From Heptranchias perlo (Eukaryota): a DNA stretch of 64,000 nucleotides. The stretch is from NCBI RefSeq assembly GCF_035084215.1, contig NC_090325.1, positions 119,722,001-119,786,000 of the forward strand. The letters are read 5' to 3'. The notes beneath the pieces were generated by a model that saw only the letters and a program-made list of their open reading frames with translations, searched no databases and was not told where the DNA came from. Positions 37,629 through 50,319 of the stretch are shown in pieces (within the stretch, counting starts at the first letter, position 1; each line of letters begins with the position of its first letter). Both the position numbers and the translations under genes were made by a program.

Positions 37629-38842
37629 ATGATGGTCTGCTAGGACTCCCACTGGGCATTGAGCACGACTGGGAGCATGCAGGGAGGCCACACAGAGCAG
37701 GTCAAGCTGCGAGGAGAGAGAGGAGGAGGAGATGCAGGGCACTGAGCAGGAGGCCGTATCCAATGAGGGCCTTCCGGGACCAATTCTCTCACCTCAACAT
37801 GAGCGAGGAGGATTGCATCTGACAGCTGAGGTTCATCAAGGAGGCCATGACGGAGATCTGCCACAACGACGGTGCGGTCACAACTACAGCCTCAGAGCAG
37901 GGAAAGGACAGCATTGACTGTGGCTGAAGGTAACCATGGCGCTGAATTTCTACGGTTCAGTATCATTTTAGCCCTCTGCTGGCGACATGTGCAACATCTC
38001 GCAGTATGCAGTGCACTGCTGCATAAGGGAGGTCACAGACGCACTGTACCAGATGAGCAACAGGTTCATCACCTTCCCTCTTGACAGAGACAAACAGAAC
38101 GAGCGAGCACGGGGGTTCGCTCGCATTGCTGGCTTCCCCATGGTGCAGGGTGTCATTGACTGCATGCACATTGCCCTGCGTGCCCCACATAGCAACTTGG
38201 CCATCTTCATCAACCGAAAGGGCTTCCACTCCCTCAACGTGCAGCTGGTGTGCGACCTCACCCATCGAATCATGGAGGTTGATGCCCGCTACCCTGGGAG
38301 CAGTCACGACACCTTCGTTATGCGGCAGTCCAATGTGCCAGCTATCTTTCACCCAACTCGGCAAGTCAAAGGCTGGCTACTGGGCGACAAGGGCTATCCC
38401 CTTACGCCGTGGCTCATGACACCGGTCAGGAACACATGCACACGTGCACAGCAGATCTACGTGTAACATCGTGGAGCACACTATAGGCATCCTCAAACAA
38501 CGCTTCCACTGCCTGGACCGTTCTGGAGGAGCCCTGCAGTAGTCCGCTGAGCAGGTGGGAAGATTCATGGTGGTATGTTGCATGCTTCACAATCTCGCCC
38601 TCATGAGGGACCAGCCCTTGTCACCAATGATCGGAGAAGACCCTGAGCCAGAGATGGAGGAGGAGGAGGAGGAAGAGACTGAGGAGGAAGAGGATGAGAA
38701 AGAGGAGGAGGAAGAGGCTAAGGAAGAGGAGGGGAAGGAAGCAGAGGAGGAAATGGAGGAAGTCGAAAGGGTGCAACAGGGAACACACGCCTTGTCTGCA
38801 AGGGCTTTGCGTGCTTGCCTGATCCGTGCCCACTATCAATAA
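37629..38842 (+). pseudogene. Harbinger (HARBI1-like DDE) transposase, disrupted
   Basis: GFPMVQGVIDCMHIAL..NRKGFHSLNVQLVCD..YPGSSHDTFV..WLLGDKGYPLTPWLMTP, CCMLHN, acidic tail; frameshifts and stops. Confidence 0.93.
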
Positions 38843-39070
38843 TATCAACTACATCCCCCAATTCACCAACAGTCCTACACTCCTCACCTTTCCGCTCCCA
38901 CATGACCATCAAATCATCCTCCATCTGATTACATATTGATTTTCCCCTCAGCTCATCGCACAAATAAAAACCACCACCAAATGCAAATTCAAAGTCACGT
39001 TTATCAATTAACAAATCAAGTTATGGAAACAGAACACAACTATTCACCCTTGTGCATTCCCTTAGTGCCT

Positions 39071-40530
39071 TTACCTAGTGATCCTTCGAGGTGCTTCCCC
39101 AGTGGCTGGAGCATGAGTGGTGGAAAGCTGCTGGCTTTCAATGGAGGAGCGTGCAGATGGCCTTGGAGGATGACCTGGAGTAGCTCTGGGCCTGGAGGGC
39201 CCGGCTTCAGACTGCAACATCTCAGCATGGGCTGCAGCAGTCTGGCCTGGGTGGCTGAAAGGCAACAACAAGGGCACTGGAGGAGTGGCAAGGGTGGGAG
39301 CAGGAATGCTGTCACCCTGAGAGAGGACAGCAGGTCTGACTGCTATGGCGCCACTGCCACTCTCCCGTGGCAGCGCCTCAGCACTCCTGGTGATCTGCTG
39401 GAGAATGGATTGCTGCACTGCTGTGACGCCCTGGAAGCCCCGATCCGCTGTGGTCCACAGATGCGGGATGGAGGTGACCACCCGTTCCATGTTGGAAAGG
39501 ATGGGCTTCAAGCTCTACACAAAGCCCTGCGCCAAGTTGGAGCTGGACTCCTCCATTCCCCTTCTCATTGTGCGCTGGCTTCCTGGCAGACTTTCCAGTG
39601 CCCCAAGCATTTGTTGGTGTACGCCCATCAGCTGTCTTCTGTAGCCTGACCCGTCGGAGTCTACATCTGACTCCTCTGCAGCAGAACTAGTGAGCGACCT
39701 CACCCTCCGGTGAGCTGGCACCTGTGGTATCCATTCCCCCGCCCCGGCACCTGTGCACTTGTGCTCGGTGTTTCATCACGTGCAGATCCCTCCTCCATTC
39801 TAGCCTCTAAAGGATGCGCAGTGGCAGTTTCTGAGATGGTTGGAAGCAAGTGTCAGAGCGAGTGATGGTGTGGCTTCAGTGTCCTCCTCCTCCTCCTCCT
39901 CCTCGGACAGTGCCGCCACATGTTCATGGGTATCTGCAATGACAAAGGGAAACAGGTTGAGTTGTGGAGTGGGGAGAGGAGCAAGTAAGGCGTGCATGCC
40001 AACAGCATCTGCGCAAGTGAGTCAGAAAAGATTATGGGAGGAGGGAGATGTGGGAAACGAGAAGGAACATTAGATATGCAGAGACCCCCTTCATCGTGAC
40101 CTCCTGCGGACATGCGATCACGGCTGCAACGATGGCCCGCCCATTGATCTGAAGCACGGTCTTCTCCAAGGGGTGGGGGGTGAGGACGTGTAGGCGTGCC
40201 TGTCCTCGCTCACGTCTCTCCTGCTGCCGGCTGTTATGCGCCACCTTCTCTGCAAGACAGAGGGCAGTGTGTCAGTGAGTATCCTGCAAGGTGTCTGGGT
40301 GATGTGCCTGTCATAGTCGAATAGCTGTTAGTGTGTGTGACCTGTGAGTGGTGGTTGTGTAGCCTGCAAGTGTGGTACTATGTGCGGGTGAGATGCAGCA
40401 TGCTGAGTGTAGCATTGCATATTGACAGGCAGTGTTTATTGGTAGGTGGGTGACGGGGACTGTGATGCGTGGAGCAGTGGTGCAGTTGGTCGGATGTGCC
40501 ACTTGACACTTGCATTCACTCACCTTGACC
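39071..40530 (-). pseudogene. Harbinger Myb/SANT-like partner gene (spliced, 5' end lost)
   Basis: Exon-1 end gtggtcaag|gtgagtg at ~40530-40515, exon EKVAHNSRQQERRERGQARLHVLT, and downstream low-complexity frames; convergent with the transposase. Confidence 0.7.
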
Positions 40531-40532
40531 AC

Positions 40533-41280
40533 AAGGAAGTACACAATAAATGGGAGGATACTGAGAGGAAGTGAGGGACTTTGGAGTACATGTCCACAGA
40601 TCACTGAAGGTAGCAGGACAGGTAGATAAGGTGGTTAAGAAGGTATATAGAATACGTTGCTTTATTAGCCGAGGCATAGAATATAAGAGCAGGGAGGTTA
40701 TGATGGAACTGTATAAAACACTGGTTAGGCCACAGCTTCAGTACTGTGTACAGTTCTGTTCACCACATTACAGGAAGGATGTAATTGCACTAGAAAAGGT
40801 ACAGAGGAGATTTACGAGGATATTGCCAGGACTGGAGACTTTTAGCTATGAGGAAAGATTGGATCGGCTGGGGTTGTTCTCTTTGGAACAGGAGTCTGAG
40901 GGGTGATTTAATTGAGGTGTACGAAATTATGAGGGGCCTAGATAGAGTGGATAGGAAGGACCTATTTCCCTTAACAGAGAAGTCAATAACCAGGGGGCAT
41001 ATATTTAAAGTGATTGGTAGAAAGATTAGAGGGGAGCTGTGGAAAAGTTTTATCACCCAGAGGGTGGTGGGGGTCTGGAACTCACTGCCTGAAAGGGTGG
41101 TAGAGGCAGAAACCCTCAACTCATTTAATAAGTATCTGGATGTGCACCTGAAATGCCGTGACAAGGCTACAGACCAAGTGCTGGAAAGTGGGATTAGGCT
41201 GGGTGACTCATTTTCGGCCAGCGCGGACACAATGGGCCGAATGGCCTCTTTCTGTGCCGTAAATTTTTTCTGATTCTATG
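40533..41280 (+). mobile_element. CR1 3' fragment between two Harbinger remnants
   Basis: RDFGVHVHRSLKVAGQVDKVVKK.. to the tail gattctatg. Confidence 0.9.
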
Positions 41281-42500
41281 AAGAGAGCGCAAAACGCAAG
41301 AGAGAGGACGAGGACTGGTGGTGGCCCTCCACAGATAGTAGAATTAACTGAAGCAGAGGGGGAGTCAATGGAGATAAGTGGGACATCTGTAATCCTCTCA
41401 ATCGGAGATGGAGAGACTGGAAGCCCAGATATGGTGGTAACAAGATATAACATATTTCACTAAGGTTTAATCGATGCCTGAAGTATGAGGAGCCTGAGTA
41501 TGGAGATTGGCAAAATTGTTATTGTGCCAAGTCTAAGTCGTTTCGCTTTCTTTTGTCTTCTAGGGCCTTCACGCCTACAAGAAGATTCTGCTAATATGGA
41601 TGATGTCAATTTCTCAGAGGACATCATTCCTCCTGAGGGCGCACCGTCACAGGACATACAGCCATGCACCAGTGCAGATACTCGCACTTTGGTCGGTCCT
41701 GTTAGACAGATGGTTGGGTTGTCACCTGGTGAATCACAAGTCACAAGTGAGCACGAGCAGACACTGGTGGCAGGGGCAGCTGTGGAGTGTCCACGTTGGA
41801 GGGCACACTCCTCTCCACGCTCTGCTCAACTGGACACAGATGATGAACCCAGGGCGCCATCGTTGAGAAGGAGAATGATTGAGGTACAACCGTGCCTTTG
41901 TGAGGTACTGGAAAATGGGCCATGCACACTCTCCATTATAGCTGAGAGGATGGAGGAGTCCATCTCCGGCATTACTGGAGTGCTGTCGCAGGTAAGTGCT
42001 GAAATGTCTGCACTGGAGCGAGTGGCTACCTCCATTGAGCTTCAAGGATGGCTCACAAATGAGTCTAGGCAGGCCATGACCACGGCTGTGCAGGAGATGT
42101 CTGCCTCCTTCAATAGGATAACAGATACCATATCAGTGGCCTTATCTGTCACTGATCCTCAGCAAGCTGCTCTCCAGCAGAGTGATAGGAGTGATGTAAC
42201 GATGGCCCAGGAGAGAGATGATGGCGAAAGGGGACATGGAAGTGGGGCCTCCAATCAAAGCACTCCCATTGCCCGTTGCCCCCCACCTCAACCAGTACCC
42301 GATATGCTGCCTCCTTTCCCAGTGTCCGAGTCTGCCCCTGCACAGGTACGGGCGGGGCCTTCACGGGCTCCAAAACCCAGAGGTCATAGGCCGGTAGCGT
42401 CTCAGCAATCAGGGATCTGAACAGCCTGTCTCTACCTCTGCTGGAGGCACAGGGGATGCACCATGTAGAAGCGATGGGAAACGTGACCTTTCATTTGGTT
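41281..42500 (+). pseudogene. Second Harbinger Myb-partner gene (exon 2 onward)
   Basis: KRAQNARERTRTGGGPPQIVELTEAE (the TGGG motif after the Myb domain); acceptor cttctAG at ~41563; long terminal exon corresponding to ORF 41485-42420. Confidence 0.72.
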
Positions 42501-42676
42501 CATGATCAATGCCAATATATGGCGGCAACCACTGGGCAGCTGTGCAATGAGTATTCATAGCTGAAGTGCTGTTTTGTGCAAAGGATGGGCTTAGGGGGGG
42601 TGGGGGTTTGTTGGTCGTGGTGATGATTGTGCAAGGTAGCATGAGTATGTCAAAGATCTTTATTTTTGGAATGTCA

Positions 42677-43627
42677 TCATGAGAACCTCTGAGAGATGAG
42701 GGCATCCTGGGCGGCAATGTGCACGGCTGGTCTGTCGATGCATGCACCATTGCCATATTCCTCCTCATCGTCCTCCTCATCCTCTTCCTCAATGCTGCTG
42801 CCGACAGAGGATGATTGACGAGTGCCTTCATCCTCGATCACCTGTAAACTTCTCTGCAGCACAATGTTGTGCAGGACGCAGCACACCACAATTATCTTGG
42901 AGACCCTCACTGGCGAGTACTGAAGGGCTCCCCTAGACCTGTCGAGGCATCTGAAGCGCATCTTTAACATGCCTATGGCTTGCTCAATGACACACCTGGT
43001 AGTCATGTGACTCTGGTTGTATCGTTGTTGTGCCTTGTTGGTGGGGTTCCTCAGAAGTGTCATGATCCATGTTTGCAGGTGGTATTCCCTGTTCCCAAGG
43101 AGCCAGCCCTTCAGTCTGTCTCTTGCCTAGAAGAGGTCTGGAATGTCTGCCAAAAAATGACGGCTGCCTGGGAATCTGGTGCACACCTACAGAAATCTCT
43201 TGTTGTAGTTGCACCCCAGCTGCGCATTGACGGATTGATAGCCCTTTCGGTTGATGAACACTCCTGGTTCATGTGATGGTCCTCGGATTGCCACATGTGT
43301 GCAATCGATTGCACCCTGCACCCCTGGGAAGCCAGCCAGAGAGGAAAATCGCAGTGCCCACTCATTCTAACCGTTGTCATCACGGGGGAAGTTCACATGA
43401 TTGGACGCCCTGGCTAACAACCCATCTGTCAGCTGCATTATACACTTATGTGCTGATGATGAGAGACTCTGCAGATGTCACCAGTAAAGGCCTGGAAGGA
43501 ACCAGAGGCAAAGAAATTCAGGACGGTGGTTATTTTTACTGCAACGGGCAATGTGTGGCCACCAGGTCCATCAGGGAGCAGCTGTTCCTGAAGAAGGGTG
43601 CAGATGTCTGCGACCACCTGCCAACTC
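42677..43627 (-). pseudogene. Second Harbinger transposase remnant
   Basis: LPVAVKITTVLNFFASGSFQ; MT..RNPTNKAQQRYNQSHMTTRCVIEQAIGMLKMRFRCLDRS..CCVLHN. Confidence 0.9.
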
Positions 43628-44125
43628 ATCTCAGTCCTAAATGGCTGACCTCTTATCCTGAGAGTATGTCCCCTAGTTCTAGACTCTCCAGCCAGGGGAA
43701 ACAGTCTCTCAGCATCTACCTTGTCAAACCATCTAAGAATTTTATACATTTCAATGAGATCACCTCTCATTCTTCTAAACTCCAGAGAATATAGGCCCAT
43801 TCTACTCAATCTCTCCTCATAGGACAACCCTCTCATTTCAGGAATCAATCTAGTGAACCTTCTTTGCATCCCCTCTAAGGCAAGTATATCCTTCCTTAGG
43901 TAAGGAGACCAAAACTGTACACAGTACTCCAGGTGTGGTCTCACCAGAGTCCAATATAATTTCAGCAAGACCTCCTTACTCTTATACTCCAATCCCCTTG
44001 CAATATAGGCTAACATACCATTTGCCTTCCTAATTGCTTGCTGTACCTGCATGTTAACTTACTGTGATTCGTGTACAAGGACACCCAACTCCCTCTGACT
44101 ACCAACATTTCTCAGTCTCTCACCC
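43628..44125 (-). mobile_element. CR1 fragment lacking its 3' tail
   Basis: [46 protein letters not shown]. Confidence 0.9.
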
Positions 44126-45039
44126 AATGGTGTCATATTTCCACAATATTGCATTTAGAAGCCATTTCTGACCAGGAACTATCGTGTGGCACATGAAGCA
44201 GGGTCTCAAAACTTGGAGCTGAAATTACATTCATGTTGTTATTGGAGTTCTAAGATAAAGGGGGCAATATTAATGCCCCACGATGGGCGGGAGAGGATGG
44301 GGAGGGGGGAGGTTTGATAAAAATGTGAAACCCGACCCCAATCCATCATGAACGCTTCTACTTCCAATTTAATCATGGTGGATTTGGGGGTGGGCCGAAT
44401 AACCCGTGGAAAGGCGGGTCATAATATGTTAATGAGGCTGCAGTCCTCAGATTTAGGCGGATTTCCCAGGGCTCAGAAAACCCGGCAACTGAAGGGAGGC
44501 GAGAACTGCCAGATCCAGCAGGTAAGTGCTTTTCCAGCACTGCTTGTGGGCCAGGAGGAGCAGGAGTCCTTCCCCTCGGTCCCTCATGCAAACCTTCTGC
44601 CATGATCTCCTGCTCCCTGCAATGTCTATCTCTCCCCCCGCGATCTCTCCCCAGCTGCATCTTTCCCTCCCTCCCACCCTCCTCCCTCCTGCGCTCTGAC
44701 TCCACAGCCCCCCCCTCCACCAACCCCCAATCTTTTTGATTGACGGGGACCGTCTCCTGCGGTCTTTGGCTGTTGCCTTCTACTCGTGGATGTTGCTTTT
44801 TATATTTGTCATTGAAAATCTGTAGCTGAATGACATTAAATTTACTAATTCGCACCACTTTCCCGTGTGACCCATTAATGAATGGCGAGTGTCCATTCTG
44901 CTTTTCATTTGTTTGGTGCTGAAGGTGAAGAGATGAATTGACTGACACCAATTGGTGGGTGAGGAACCAGTGGATGAATGGTTACAGGACTGCTTGTGTG
45001 AGGGGTTGTGTTATCATGACATTGGCCTTGTGTGAGTGA

Positions 45040-46147
45040 CTAACTGAACCTTCAAGCTATTAGGGCATCCCTGGCACATCGAGCAGCAATGTGATCAGCT
45101 GTTCTCGTGTTGTACATCTCCTTCTTCACCATTGGAATCCTCATCAGATGAGGAGTCCTGAGCGGCTTGTTCCTCCTGTACCTCTAGTCCTCACTACTGC
45201 GCAGCAGAATTATCCTGGAGACCCTCGCTGGTGAGTACTGAAGGGCGCCTCTGGACCTGTCCTGGCACTTGAAGCACAACTTCAGCATGCCGATGATTTG
45301 CTCGATGACACATCTGGCTGCCATATGGCTGGAATTGGTGTTTATCAGTGGCGTTCCTCAGAGGTGTCATCAGCCAGGTTTGAAGGGGGTATCCCTTGTT
45401 GCCTAGCAGCCACTCCTTGAGGCTGGTTCCAGGTCTGAACATGTCGGGGATGTTGGACTGCCGCAGTATGAAAGCATCATGGCAGCTCCCAGGGAATCTG
45501 GCGCAGACCTGCATGAACCTTTCCTTGTGGTTGCTCACCAGCTAAACATTGATGGAATTAAATCCCTTTGGTTGACGAATATTCCTCGTTATCTGGTGAT
45601 GCTCAGATTGCCACGTGTGTGCAGTCGATGGCACCCTGAACCTGTGGGAAGCCAGCCAGGAGAGGCAAATCTGAGTGCCCACTTATTCTGGCTATTGTCA
45701 TCACAGGGGAAGTTTACATACCTCCCAGTCCTGGTAAACAATCAATCCGTTACCTGCCTTATGCATTTATGTGCAGCCGACTGGGAGGCCCTCAATAGGT
45801 CTCCGGTAGCAGCCTGGAAGGAACAGGACACAAAAAAATTTAGGGCGGTGGTGACTTTCACAGCAACTGGTAATACACGGCCACCAGGTCCAGCAGGGAG
45901 CAGGTCTTCTTCTAGAAGGCCGCAGATGTCTACGACCACCTGACGCGACAATCTCAGCCTTCAGAAACACTGCTCCACTGAGAGTTTGAGAAAGCTGAGC
46001 CTCTGTCTGTTGACCCTATTAGGTGGACAGGACCATCTGCAAGCTCATCCTCTCTGCTGCTCCCTTCACTGCTGGCCACCTGCAACTTCCCGACAACAAC
46101 ACGCCCTTGCTTCTGTTGATCCTCATTCTCCTCCTCTTCCTCAATAA
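45040..46147 (-). pseudogene. Third Harbinger transposase remnant (element end probably at 44260-44900)
   Basis: SRQVVVDICGLLEEDLLPAGPGGRVLPVAVKVTTALNFF; [37 protein letters not shown]. Confidence 0.9.
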
Positions 46148-49100
46148 GAACTGGTGTCCTTGTACACCAGTCGCTGAAAGCGAGCATTCAGGTGCAGCAA
46201 GCAGTTAGGAAGGCGAATGGTATGTTGGCCTTCATTGCAAAAGGATTTGAGTTCAGGAGTAGGGATTCTTACTGCAGTTATACAGGGCCTTGGTGAGACC
46301 ACATCCGGAGTATTGTATGCAGTTTTGGCCTCCTTATCTGAGGAAGGATGTCCTTGCCATGGAGGGAGTGCAACGAAGGTTTACCAGACCGATTCCTGGG
46401 ATAGCAGGACTGAGAGATTGGGTCGACTAGGCCTATATTAGAATCATAGAATCATAGAAGTTTACAACATGGAAACAGACCCTTCGGCCCAACATGTCCA
46501 TGTCGCCCAGTTTATACCACTAAGCTAGTCCCAATTGCCTGCACTTGGCCCATATCCCTCTATACCCATCTTACCCATGTAACTGTCTAAATGCTTTTTA
46601 AAAGACAAAATTGTACCCGCCTCTACTACTGCCTCTAGCAGCTCGTTCCAGACACTCACCACCCTTTGAGTGAAAAAATTGCCCCTCTGGACCCTTTTGT
46701 ATCTCTCCCCTCTCACCTTAAATCTATGCCCCCTCGTTATAGACTCCCGTACCTTTGGGAAAAGATTTTGACTATCGACCTTATCGATGCCCCTCATTAT
46801 TTTATAGACTTCTATAAGATCACCCCGAAACCTCCTACTCTCCAGGGAAAAAATTCTCAGCCTATCTAACCTCTCCCTATAAGTCAAACCATCAAGTCCC
46901 GGTAGCATCCTAGTAAATCTTTTCTGCACTCTTTCTAGTTTAATAATATCCTTTCTATAATAGGGTGACCAGAACTGTACACAGTATTCCAAGTGTGGCC
47001 TTACTAATGTCTTGTACAACTTCAACAAGACATCCCAACTCCTGTATTCAATGTTCTGACCAATGAAACCAAGCATGCTGAATGCCTTCTTCACCACCCT
47101 ATCCACCTGTGACTCCACTTTCAAGGAGCTATGAACCTGTACTCCTAGATCTCTTTGTTCTATAACTCTCCCCAACGCCCTACCATTAACGGAGTAGGTC
47201 CTGGCCTGATTTGATCTACCAAAATGCATCACCTCACATTTATCTAAATTAAACTCCATCTGCCATTCATCGGCCCACTGGCCCAATTTATCAAGATCCC
47301 GTTGCAATCCTAGATAACCTTCTTCACTGTCCACAATGCCACCAATCTTGGTGTCATCTGCAAACTTACTAACCATGCCTCCTAAATTCTCATCCAAATC
47401 ATTAATATAAATAACAAATAACAGCAGACCCAGCACCGATCCCTGAGGCACACCGCTGGTCACAGGCCTCCAGTTTGAAAAACAACCCTCTACAACCACC
47501 CTCTGTCTTCTGCCGTCAATCCAATTTTGTATCCAATTGGCTACCTCACCTTGGATCCCGTGAGATTTAACCTTATGTAACAACCTACCATGCGGTACCT
47601 TGTCAAAGGCTTTGCTAAAGTCCATGTAGACCACGTCTACTGCACAGCCCTCATCTATCTTCTTGGTTACCCCTTCAAAAAACTCAATCAAATTTGTGAG
47701 ACATGATTTTCCTCTCACAAAACCATGCTGACTGTTCCTAATCAGTCCCTGCCTCTCCAAATGCCTGTAGATCCTGTGTCTCAGAATACCCTCGAACAAC
47801 TTACCCACTACAGATGTCAGGCTCACCGGTCTGTAGTTCCCAGGCTTTTCCCTGCCGCCCTTCTTAAACAAAGGCACAACATTTGCTACCCTCCAATCTT
47901 CAGGCACCTCACCTGTAGCTGTCGATGATTCAAATATCTCTGCCAGGGGACCCGCAATTTCCTCCCTAACCTCCCATAACGTCCTGGGATACATTTCATC
48001 AGGTCCCGGAGATTTATCTACCTTGATGTGCATTAAGACTTCCAGCACCTCCCTCTCTGTAATATGTACACTCCTCAAGACATCACTATTTATTTCCCCA
48101 AGTTCCCTAACATCCATGCCTTTCTCAACCGTAAATATCGATGCGAAATAGTCATTTAGGATCTCACCCCTCTCTAGTGGTTCCGCACATAGATGACCTT
48201 GTTGATCCTTAAGTGGCCCTACTCTCTCCCTAGTTACTCTTTTGCCCTTTATGTATTTGTAGAAGCTCTTTGGATTCTCCTTTGCCTTATCTGCCAAAGC
48301 AATCTCATATCCCCTTTTTGCCCTCCTGATTTCTCTCTTAACTCTACTCCGGCAATCTCTATACTCTTCAAGGGATCCACTTGATCCCAGCTGCCTATGC
48401 ATGTCATATGCCTCCTTCTTCTTTCTGACTAGGGCCTCAATCTCCCGAGTCATCCAAGGTTCCCTACTTCTACCAGCCTTGCCCTTCACTTTATAAGGAA
48501 TGTGCTTACCCTGAACCCTGGTTAACACACTTTTGAAGGACTTCCACTTACCAGACGTCCCTTTGCCTGCCAACAGACTCTCCCAATCAACTTCTGAAAG
48601 TTCCTGTCTAATACCATCAAAATTGGCCTTTCCCCCCAATTTGGAATTTTAACTTCTGGGCCAGACCTATCATTCTCCATAGCTATCTGAAAACTAATGG
48701 AATTATGATCACTGGTCCCAAAGTGATCCCTCACTAACACTTCTGTCACCTGCCCTTCCTTATTTCCCAAGAGGAGGTCAAGTTTTGCCCCCTCTCTAGT
48801 CGGGCCATCCACATACTGAATATTAACTAGTGTTTAGAAGAATGAGAGGTGATCTCATTGAAACATATAAAATTCTCACAGGACTAAACAGACTAGATGC
48901 AGGGAGGATGTTCCTGATGACTGGGGAGTCCAGAACCAGGGGTCACAGTCTCAGGATAAGGGGTATGCCATTTAGAACCGAGATGAGGTGAAATTTCTTC
49001 ACTCAGAGGGTGATGAACCTGTGGAATTCTCGACCACAGAAGGCCATGGAGGCCAAGTCATTAGATGTATTCAAGAAGGAGATAGATATGGGGAAAAAGT

Positions 49101-49210
49101 GGAACAGGGTACTGAGTTAGACGATCAGCCATGATCATTTTGAATGGCGGAGCAGGCCTGAAGGGCCAAATGGCCTACTCTTGCTCCTATTTTCTATGTT
49201 TCTATGTTTA
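46148..49210 (+). mobile_element. CR1 3' fragment (46148-46440 + 48821-49210) split by a younger CR1
   Basis: Host reads ..RLGRLGLY up to 46440 and resumes tattaactagtgtttagaagaatgagaggtgat; 'tatta' is present on both sides of the insert. Confidence 0.85.
46441..48820 (-). mobile_element. Young CR1 LINE with 704-codon uninterrupted ORF2 segment (complete RT domain)
   Basis: ORF 46525-48639 has all RT motifs and the native C-terminus; one frameshift near 48635; 5'-truncated inside the endonuclease; clean (ATTCTATG)n tail. Confidence 0.96.
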
Positions 49211-49821
49211 CTGTTGGAGGTCAGATTTAAAATCAGTCAAAGTGCAACTTTTGGTTGATAATATAAATTCCATGAATATTGTGTGTTAGCAGTGGGACAC
49301 ACAAAACAAACATCTGATATATCCAACAGGTAGTAATAGTCATGGAGCTACATCATTGATTTGTGTAATGGATTGATGGGGAAATTTCACTGAGTCCCTA
49401 ATCGACTCACACTGTGCATCAATTTCCAACCACCCTTCTGACCGTTATAAAGTGCTCTCACACAGAATGTACAGGCGTTCTAATTTAATAGGCAATCTCA
49501 TATAAATCATAGGGAAATTAGTTCAGGTGCAATGGGTTTGAATTTCCAAGTGTCTGCTGCTGCACTCCCATTATAAGTTGGGCAGGAGTGTGGTAGAAGG
49601 CCCAGGATAGGCTAAGGCCCAGATTTTGGACTTTTTTTTTCAGTCCCATTATAAAAGCAGCTGATAGGTGCTAGTATTTGCTCTCTTCTGGGTTGGTGGT
49701 GCTGGTAGGGATGCGAGCAGCTGGCCTATGCCGCATTTCCCACACATTTCATGTAGTGGCACATGGCATTGGCATTTTGCATTGTTCCAGTACTGCGAAT
49801 GCCTTCAATTTTATCCAGATG

Positions 49822-50285
49822 GAAAGAAAGATCTTGCATTTATATAGCACTTTTGCGACCTCAGGATGTCCCAAAGTGCTTTACAGCCAATGAAGTACTT
49901 TTTGAAATGTAGTCACTGTTGTAACGTAGGAAATGCAGCAGCCAATTTGCACATAGCAAGGTCCAACAAAGGGCTATGAGATAATGACCAGATGATCTAT
50001 TTTAATGATGTTGGTTGAGGGATAAATATTGGTCAGGACACTGGGGATAACTCCCCTGCTCTTCTTCAAGTAGTGTTATGGGATATTTTATGTCCACCTG
50101 AGAGGGCAGATGGGGTCTCGGTTTAATGTCTCATCTGAAAGTTGGCACCTCTGACAGTGCAGCACTCCCTCAGTACTACACTGAAGCTCCAGCCCAGCAT
50201 TATATGTTCAACTCTCTGGAGTGGGACTTGAACCGACAACCTTCTGACTCAGAAGGTGAGAGTACTACCACTGAGCCACGGCAGT
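49822..50285 (-). mobile_element. Full-length DeuSINE
   Basis: Reverse-complement homolog of 19231-19665, including the tRNA head (gtggctcagtggtag..ggttcaagtccc). Confidence 0.87.
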
Positions 50286-50319
50286 CACCGTTTACAATGT
50301 GAGTAACAGTTGGACATTT

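Noticed and set aside
37987-38466. Domesticated HARBI1 gene
   Set aside because: Frameshifts and stops, several divergent copies in the window, and an adjacent Myb partner mark these as transposon relics.
38655-38762. Glu-rich (GAG)n tract
   Set aside because: Ordinary acidic tail of Harbinger transposases.
41485-42420. Novel 311-aa host protein
   Set aside because: It is the terminal exon of the Harbinger Myb-partner gene plus intron read-through; the DNA-binding exon is missing.
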